Assembly (NCBI GenBank): GCA_000092065.1
Contig: CP000591.1
Strand: one strand, 5' to 3'
Origin: Ostreococcus lucimarinus
Taxonomy: Eukaryota
DNA length: 64,000 bases
Made by a program: the position numbers and the translations under genes. Positions within the stretch are counted from its first letter, which is position 1; each line of letters begins with the position of its first letter. Shown piece by piece: positions 58,590-64,000 of the stretch. Below the pieces are notes generated by a model. That model saw nothing but the letters and a program-made list of their open reading frames with translations. It ran no database searches and was not told where the DNA came from.

Positions 58590-59654
58590 ATGTCCGATTT
58601 CTCGGCGCGGTCGCCGCCGCACATCATGAAGCGCGGTTCCGATGCCGACGACCCGCGCGCGCCCGCGCTCACCTCCGTATCGCGCGCGGTGAGCGGTGAA
58701 ACCTTTCGTATACTCACTCGCGCGTCGACGTCCGCGATCGACGTCTCCGCGCGCGACGCGAGCGGGAAAACCTTTGTCGGAAGATTGGATTTGCAACGCG
58801 CGCCGTTTGAACGTTTCGGTGAATTCGCGCGCGCAGCGCTCGGCGATCCGCGACGCGAACGCGTCGAACGCGCGTTCACGTTCACGTTCGAGCGCGCGGA
58901 GGAGAACGGGGACGAGTACGAGCTCGTGTGGCGGTTTAGGGAGGCGGAGGCGGAGGCGACGCTGGACGACGGTGCCGAGTTTGCGACGACGCGAGCGAAG
59001 ACGGCGAACGACGGGAAGAATTACGGCGCCGTTCGCACGGGTGTGTGCGGTATGAGGCGCGTGGAGAGCGACGACGCGTTTTGTGATGGAGGATTCGCGT
59101 ACGAGGCGTTGGGGGAGGCGTTGGAGATGGAGGCGCGACGACGCTTCAACGCCGAGCGAGACGGGAAGAGGGCGATCGAGGCGCGCGAAAGGGCGAATGA
59201 GAACTGCGAAACGGCGCTGCGAGAGATGGATGCGTTGAAGGAGCGATTAGCGCAAAACTTTCTATCGCTTTTAAACGAGAAAAAGAAGGGCATGAGGAAA
59301 ATGGCCGAAGAGTTGGAAGCCGCGAGGGCGGAGAACGACGAGTTGAAGGCTGACCTGGCGAGCGCGAGACTGGAACACTCGAAGCCCGACGTCGACGGTT
59401 TCGTGGCGGTCAAAGGCGAGCGAAGCGTCGATGCAGACGTCGACGAGGACCGCGACGAGAGCGAGGACGAATACAACACGGATGATGAAACGGAACGAAC
59501 GCGAAGGCGCGGTCGCAAACGCGACGCGTCGCAACCGTCGCAGCGAAAATCGCAGCCATCGCAGTCGCAACCGTCGCAAAAACGCGCCCGAAATGCGACG
59601 GCGAAAAAGAAATCCTTTTTAGCCGACACCTTAGCCCTGCTCGACGCCGATTAA
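58590..59654 (+). CDS. XRCC4: XRCC4-family DNA repair protein (NHEJ scaffold)
   Basis: Head-domain motifs (AFTFTFERAEENGDEYELVWRF, compared with human VYTFNFSKESCYFFFEKNL). Coiled-coil LAQNFLSLLNEKKKGMRKM compares with LYKRFILVLNEKKTKIRSL. C-terminal SQ-cluster (SQPSQRKSQPSQSQPSQKRAR) and an NLS. First ATG at 58590. Confidence 0.65.
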   Translation: MSDFSARSPPHIMKRGSDADDPRAPALTSVSRAVSGETFRILTRASTSAIDVSARDASGKTFVGRLDLQRAPFERFGEFARAALGDPRRERVERAFTFTFERAEENGDEYELVWRFREAEAEATLDDGAEFATTRAKTANDGKNYGAVRTGVCGMRRVESDDAFCDGGFAYEALGEALEMEARRRFNAERDGKRAIEARERANENCETALREMDALKERLAQNFLSLLNEKKKGMRKMAEELEAARAENDELKADLASARLEHSKPDVDGFVAVKGERSVDADVDEDRDESEDEYNTDDETERTRRRGRKRDASQPSQRKSQPSQSQPSQKRARNATAKKKSFLADTLALLDAD

Positions 59655-59697
59655 CGACGACGACGTCGATCGAAACAAACATTTAGTATTCATTCGA

Positions 59698-60168
59698 TTA
59701 CAACAAACCGTGCTCCGCCATGTACTTGGCCGCCGTGCCGTTATCGTCCTCCACCAACTGCCCGTTCTTCCAGCACCCCGTCGCCTCACCGATCTTCTTA
59801 TGCTTCGCGTACTCCGCCTCGACCTCGGCCTTCGTCCCTTTCCACCCTTTCGGATACCTCGACAGCGACTGCGTCCCCATCAACCGCGCCGCCTTCACCC
59901 TCAGGTTCAGCGTGTCCCAATCCGGCAGCAAATTCTCCCTGATCGTCCCCCACTCCTGTATCCCGTACGTCTCGATCCCCTCGTACAGTTTCGCGCGCTC
60001 CTCGTCCCCCCACTTCTTCGCGCGCGTCTCGAACACCACGCGCTTCGGTTTAAAAAATTGTTGGTCTATCGATCCATCGTCGTTCAGCGCGTCCCGTCGC
60101 GTGACGCACAGCCGCATCGCGTTCGCCCACGCGACGCGATCGTTCGCTTCGTCGCTCACCGCCGTCAT
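59698..60168 (-). CDS. small hypothetical protein with a Myb/SANT-like tryptophan spacing
   Basis: WGDEERAKLYEGIETYGIQEWGTIRENLLPDW. ATG at 60168. Confidence 0.4.
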   Translation of the reverse strand: MTAVSDEANDRVAWANAMRLCVTRRDALNDDGSIDQQFFKPKRVVFETRAKKWGDEERAKLYEGIETYGIQEWGTIRENLLPDWDTLNLRVKAARLMGTQSLSRYPKGWKGTKAEVEAEYAKHKKIGEATGCWKNGQLVEDDNGTAAKYMAEHGLL

Positions 60169-60299
60169 CGCGAGTCCGTCGCGTCCGTCGTTCGCCGTCG
60201 TCGCGCGCGCGCGTGTGCGGATTTCAAATCACATCGCGTCGACGCGGCGACCGACCGACCGCACGCTCGCACTGTTTGCGCATACGCGCGTCGCGCGCA

Positions 60300-60445
60300 G
60301 ACCTCGCCGCGCGCGTCGACGCGACCGCGCGACGCGACCGAACGACGCGAGCGAACGAGCGACCGCGCGACCGCGCGAACGAGCGAACGACGCGAGCGAA
60401 CGACGCGAGCGAACGACGCGACGAAACGACGCGACGAAACGACGC
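60300..60445. repeat. degenerate tandem repeats (gcgaacgac / gcgacgaaac units) in the divergent promoter/5'UTR
   Basis: cgagcgaacgacgcgagcgaacgacgcgagcgaacgacgcgacgaaacgacgcgacgaaacgacg is visible. Confidence 0.7.
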
Positions 60446-60449
60446 CGCC

Positions 60450-60875
60450 ATGAGCAAAAAGAATAACCGAACGACGGCGGCGAATCGCGTCGAACACGCG
60501 AAGCGCGTCGAGCGCGAGGCGCTGGTGAAGAAAGAGGCGCGACGGGTGCGAAAGATGGCGGCGATGGCGCTGGCGTCGGACGCGATGGCGGTGGACGGCG
60601 CGGGAGGGAAGGGAGGGACGGCGGGGAGGGCGAGGCTGGAGGCGAAAAACGTGCGCAAGGCGCAGAGCCTGCGCCTCGCGGGAGGGGTGCGAAAGGTGCG
60701 AGCGGGGAAGAACACGCACAAGGTGGTTCGAGGCGTGCCGGTCGGGAAGGCGAAATTGCGAAAGAATGCGGTGGTGATGGGGATTAAGATTGTGGACGCG
60801 GCGACGAAGCAGGCGGCGCTCGACGCCATAGCGGAGGCGCGCGGCGACGGCGGCGCGACGGCGATGCGAAGGTGA
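60450..60875 (+). CDS. small basic (K/R-rich) hypothetical protein, 141 aa
   Basis: ATG at 60450 in the track frame. Composition resembles nucleolar/ribosome-associated basic proteins. No family assigned. Confidence 0.4.
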   Translation: MSKKNNRTTAANRVEHAKRVEREALVKKEARRVRKMAAMALASDAMAVDGAGGKGGTAGRARLEAKNVRKAQSLRLAGGVRKVRAGKNTHKVVRGVPVGKAKLRKNAVVMGIKIVDAATKQAALDAIAEARGDGGATAMRR

Positions 60876-60977
60876 CCTGGCGTCGCGTCGTTTTTGATTC
60901 TAAGATTTGAGTGTACTATTGAGAGCTACCGCTACTGTCTATCGCTACGATTGCGCGCGCGGCGCGCGAGCGACGCG

Positions 60978-61658
60978 TCACGCGTCTCTGTCGCACCGCA
61001 AGACGAACAACGCCTCCTCGTCCGCGTTACACGAGCTCACGAGCGAACATCGCAGACCGTCGCGACGCATGATCTCCATCACCTCCTCGGGCTCGTTCTG
61101 CGCTAATAAAATGCACAAAAACATCCCTCTCGGCGCCAACGCGCTTCGCACGCTCGGCAACAGTCGGTCGAGCACCTCGCGCCCTCGCGCGCCGCCCGCC
61201 CACGAGGCCTCGATGCCGCGCCCGCCCACTTCTTCGCTCGGCGTGACGACGTATGGTGGATTGAATACGAGCACATCGCACCCACCGGCGTCGGCGAGCG
61301 CGTCGGCGTGCGGTTCGAGCAAGTCGCCGAGCGCCGTCGCGCACTCCGTCCCGCTCACCCCGTGCGCCTCGCACGTCGCTCGACACGCCGCGACGGCGTC
61401 GGGATTGATGTCAGACGCGCGCGTGCGCGTGACGTCGCCGCATCCGTGCGCGCGCGCGAGCAGGGCGTTGGAACACGCGATGTAACCGCTTCCAGTACCG
61501 AGCTCTATGCAGAGTTTGGGACGCGAGCGCGCGAGCTCGTCGTCCCAGAGCGCGGCGAGGGCGTCGACGAGGAGGAAGGAGTCTTCCGCGGGAGGGTACA
61601 CGCTTTCGTGCGTCGCGATCTTCGCCATGGAGGCGAGATTCGACGGTGACGGCGCCAT
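60978..61658 (-). CDS. N6AMT1: HemK2/N6AMT1 (Mtq2) protein-glutamine / N6-adenine methyltransferase
   Basis: VYPPAEDSFLLVDAL, the SAM motif LELGTGSGYIA, and the NPPY catalytic motif (VLVFNPPYVVT). ATG at 61658 or 61628. Confidence 0.85.
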   Translation of the reverse strand: MAPSPSNLASMAKIATHESVYPPAEDSFLLVDALAALWDDELARSRPKLCIELGTGSGYIACSNALLARAHGCGDVTRTRASDINPDAVAACRATCEAHGVSGTECATALGDLLEPHADALADAGGCDVLVFNPPYVVTPSEEVGGRGIEASWAGGARGREVLDRLLPSVRSALAPRGMFLCILLAQNEPEEVMEIMRRDGLRCSLVSSCNADEEALFVLRCDRDA

Positions 61659-61751
61659 GGCCGAGGCGGCGTGTGAAGAAGGACTTTGCGGTGTCGTTTT
61701 TGTTCTCTCGCTTTGGCGAATGCTGGCGGTGGCTGCATTCCTAACGCTACA

Positions 61752-63932
61752 CTAACTATGGGTGGTGTGAACGCCGTCGCCGTCGACGAAGCGCTCGCCG
61801 CGGGCGAACGCGGTGAGCTTCGCGCGAAGGGTTTCGCTCCGCCGCTTGCGGTGCTCGACGTTTTCGACCAAGGACATCTTGGCGGAAAAGACGTTCGATT
61901 TCATGTCGATGAGTCTCGCCGCGAGACGGCGGCGCTCGGCGTCGACGGTGGCGACGTATTTGGTGGCTTCGTCTTTTGCGTCGGCGATGAGATCGGCGGC
62001 GGGTGTGTGGGCGTCGATCTCGTCCTCGAGACGGCGCGTCGCGAAGTCGCGCTTTTCGTCGAGCGCGGCGTAGAGCGCCTCGGATTTCAAACGCAATTTC
62101 GCCGTGGTTTCGTCGAAGCGACGCATTTCGTCGATTATTCGCGCACCAACGAGGTTGCGGGAGACGATCATGTCGTTGTAATCCTCGTCACGGTCAAGGG
62201 AGTGCTTTTCTCGAAGCGCAAACGCGGACGCGCATCGTTCGCGTTCTGCTTGACGCTCAAACGCCGCTGTGGTTTCTTCCACATCTTTCGCCGCGTGAGA
62301 TGCGGTTGAACATAGCTCGGCGCGCGCATTGAGTTTGCACGACACCTTATGACACATTGTTTCGAAACTTGCGAAATCGGCGAGCATCGCTTCGCGGTTG
62401 CGTTGCATGCGTTTCAACAACTCAACAGCGTCGACTTGATCATCGCTCGGCGCGCTCACGAATTCGGAGACACCATCTGTGCCGAACGCCACGTGTGCGA
62501 CGTGTTCGGGGAAACATTCTATGGCGTGCTGTCTATAGTGCTCTTTTGGAACCTTCACATCGCATCCAAACCGCGCGTGCTCGCACACAGACTCAATCAT
62601 CGGGCACGTCGTCTTTTCATGTGATTCGCGTTGCTCAGCGGGCATGATGCGCCGGCACAGTGGGCATTGAAACTCCCTAGCTTTGCATCGTAGCTTGTGA
62701 TCGCCCATTCTTCGTAAGCTCACTTCGCGAGTGCAGTATTCACACGGTCGTTGTTGGTACTGACACGACGCTCTGTGCTGAGCGATGCGTTCGCGCGGCA
62801 CCGTCTCTTTGCAAGTCTCTCGCGTTTCCGAATCTTCGAGTCGACACACGACGGGGTGCAACAAACATTCTGTTGCCACGTGCGCGTCGACGCCGTCGCG
62901 AGCGCCGCGCCACTTACACCGTCTATACGGACAGTGCACTTCAATTTGACCACAAATCATCACGTGTGCGCGCATCTTACGCACTTGTACCGATCGATCG
63001 CAGTCGGCGCACTTTTGAATCCTGTATTCGCACGTCGCTCGGTGCGAATCCATCGTGCGTCGCGGCACCACCGCGTGGCATTTCTCTGCCTTGTTCGTGC
63101 TCTCTGCCGGCAACGAGCACCTCATAAGCGTGTACTCGCACGTTTCCTCGTGCGCGCGCACTTTGCCCAGCGTGGAAACCGCTCGGCAGCCGTCCAAGGC
63201 GACTTTCCACACTAAATTGTCCCCACCCGCGTGCGGCGTCGCCACGTTGCAGCACATAACCGGTAACGCATCTAAGCGCATCTGCGTCTGTACGTCCAAC
63301 CCAAAAAGCTTCGCGCGCGCATCTCCCTCATTTTCGCGTCCACAAGGCGCGCAAAACAACCGCCCCTGCGCGTTCACCAACGGCTCCGCGGCAAAGTCTC
63401 TACACGTGTGACATCGCAACTCATCCGGCGGCGGCGTCAACACCATCGTCCCCGCGCGTCGCCACCGCGTGAGCGACTCCGAAAGATGAAACCAATTATG
63501 TATCATTAGTTCCGACGTCGCCATCGTTCCCTCGGGCACGATACCTTCCTCTTCCGCTCGTTTCGCCTCCGCCGCGCACGCCTCCGCCGCGCTCTTCGGC
63601 GTCGTCACCGCCGTCAGCGGCCACCACTTTCCCCTCTCCTCCTCGCTCGCGTCGCTCTCCGTGTCGCTCTGATCGCGTCCATCGTGCGCCACCTCTTCGC
63701 ACCGCGCGGCGTACAGTCTTTCGACGTCTTCCGCTAATAACGCGCCCTTGGCGTTGGCGATGGATTCAACAAACTTTTGCGTCGTCAGATGTTTATCGCG
63801 CCGTCGCGCGCGGGCCTCGTCCTCGCTCGAATCGCTCGATCGCGCGTCGTCGCGCGTGCGCACGGGTGCGTCTTCCACGGCGGGCGCGAGCGCGCGCGCG
63901 CCGCGGACGGCGTCGCGGCGGGGGCGGGACAT
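61752..63932 (-). CDS. TRAF-type zinc-finger-rich protein with a C-terminal coiled coil (E3/adaptor-like)
   Basis: Three to four tandem Cys/His modules (HEETCEYTLMRC, HRATCEYRIQKCADC…HCPYRRC, HRASCQYQQRPCEYC…CPLCRR). An N-terminal RING-like CHTC…CAPC. ATG at 63932. Confidence 0.55.
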   Translation of the reverse strand: MSRPRRDAVRGARALAPAVEDAPVRTRDDARSSDSSEDEARARRRDKHLTTQKFVESIANAKGALLAEDVERLYAARCEEVAHDGRDQSDTESDASEEERGKWWPLTAVTTPKSAAEACAAEAKRAEEEGIVPEGTMATSELMIHNWFHLSESLTRWRRAGTMVLTPPPDELRCHTCRDFAAEPLVNAQGRLFCAPCGRENEGDARAKLFGLDVQTQMRLDALPVMCCNVATPHAGGDNLVWKVALDGCRAVSTLGKVRAHEETCEYTLMRCSLPAESTNKAEKCHAVVPRRTMDSHRATCEYRIQKCADCDRSVQVRKMRAHVMICGQIEVHCPYRRCKWRGARDGVDAHVATECLLHPVVCRLEDSETRETCKETVPRERIAQHRASCQYQQRPCEYCTREVSLRRMGDHKLRCKAREFQCPLCRRIMPAEQRESHEKTTCPMIESVCEHARFGCDVKVPKEHYRQHAIECFPEHVAHVAFGTDGVSEFVSAPSDDQVDAVELLKRMQRNREAMLADFASFETMCHKVSCKLNARAELCSTASHAAKDVEETTAAFERQAERERCASAFALREKHSLDRDEDYNDMIVSRNLVGARIIDEMRRFDETTAKLRLKSEALYAALDEKRDFATRRLEDEIDAHTPAADLIADAKDEATKYVATVDAERRRLAARLIDMKSNVFSAKMSLVENVEHRKRRSETLRAKLTAFARGERFVDGDGVHTTHS

Positions 63933-64000
63933 CGCGGCGACGTCCCGGCCCGCGGCTCGCAGTGGCGCGTCGCGGCGCGGCGTCGCGGTTCTCTGATGGC

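Noticed and set aside
8410-63932. Non-ATG (GTG/TTG/CTG) start coordinates given by the ORF track for many genes
   Set aside because: Eukaryotic nuclear genes should start at ATG, so I moved starts to the first in-frame ATG that precedes the conserved domain. Examples are 9927, 25523, 29131, 30792, 33298, 36781, 47206, 49458, 51069, 54440, 57185 and 58590.
1-64000. Prokaryotic-style accessory systems (CRISPR, restriction-modification, toxin-antitoxin, phage or transposon islands)
   Set aside because: The window is eukaryotic nuclear DNA with spliceosomal introns and eukaryote-specific genes. There are no repeat-spacer arrays, IS elements or integrase/transposase ORFs.

Overview
This window is a gene-dense, GC-rich (about 65-70%) segment of a eukaryotic nuclear chromosome, not a prokaryotic island. 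Four observations in the sequence support this: (1) an internal plant-type telomere motif (AACCCTA)n; (2) plant/alga-specific domain fusions (YbeY-HAD; ferrochelatase with a C-terminal membrane extension) plus a UPF0016/GDT1 homologue; (3) almost intron-less genes, with a few very short phase-0 spliceosomal introns carrying a CTGAC branch motif; (4) about 47 protein genes in 64 kb with AT-rich islands only at gene ends. I infer a compact prasinophyte green alga (Mamiellophyceae, Micromonas/Ostreococcus-like). I recognise the following genes by motif: TANGO2, inositol polyphosphate 5-phosphatase, mitochondrial carrier, Asp-tRNA synthetase, sphingosine kinase, RING-H2 and RING-CH E3s, DEAD-box helicase, GDT1, rhomboid, ferrochelatase, YbeY-HAD, subtilisin, Deg protease, acyltransferase-3, a Pro-rich surface glycoprotein, Pelota, V-ATPase D, CPBP protease, protein kinase, NmrA-like SDR, glucose-6-phosphate isomerase, DnaJ, dihydrolipoamide dehydrogenase, DUSP12, ankyrin and WD40 proteins, Tubby, a minimal SET protein, an ATM1-type ABC transporter, cytosolic 5'-nucleotidase, an exosome RNase PH subunit, syntaxin-5, XRCC4, N6AMT1 and a TRAF-type zinc-finger protein. 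The supplied ORF track uses GTG/TTG/CTG as starts, omits one open frame that runs off the window edge (TANGO2), and cannot see introns. I therefore re-derived ATG starts and three splice junctions by hand. I see no CRISPR, rRNA, tRNA or transposon. The items I think deserve a second look are listed under findings: extreme head-to-tail gene packing (Tubby to SET, 10 nt), a co-oriented surface-protein trio, a telo-box cluster in a bidirectional promoter, tandem duplications at gene ends, and a coding minisatellite. I make no claim of a named novel 'system'.
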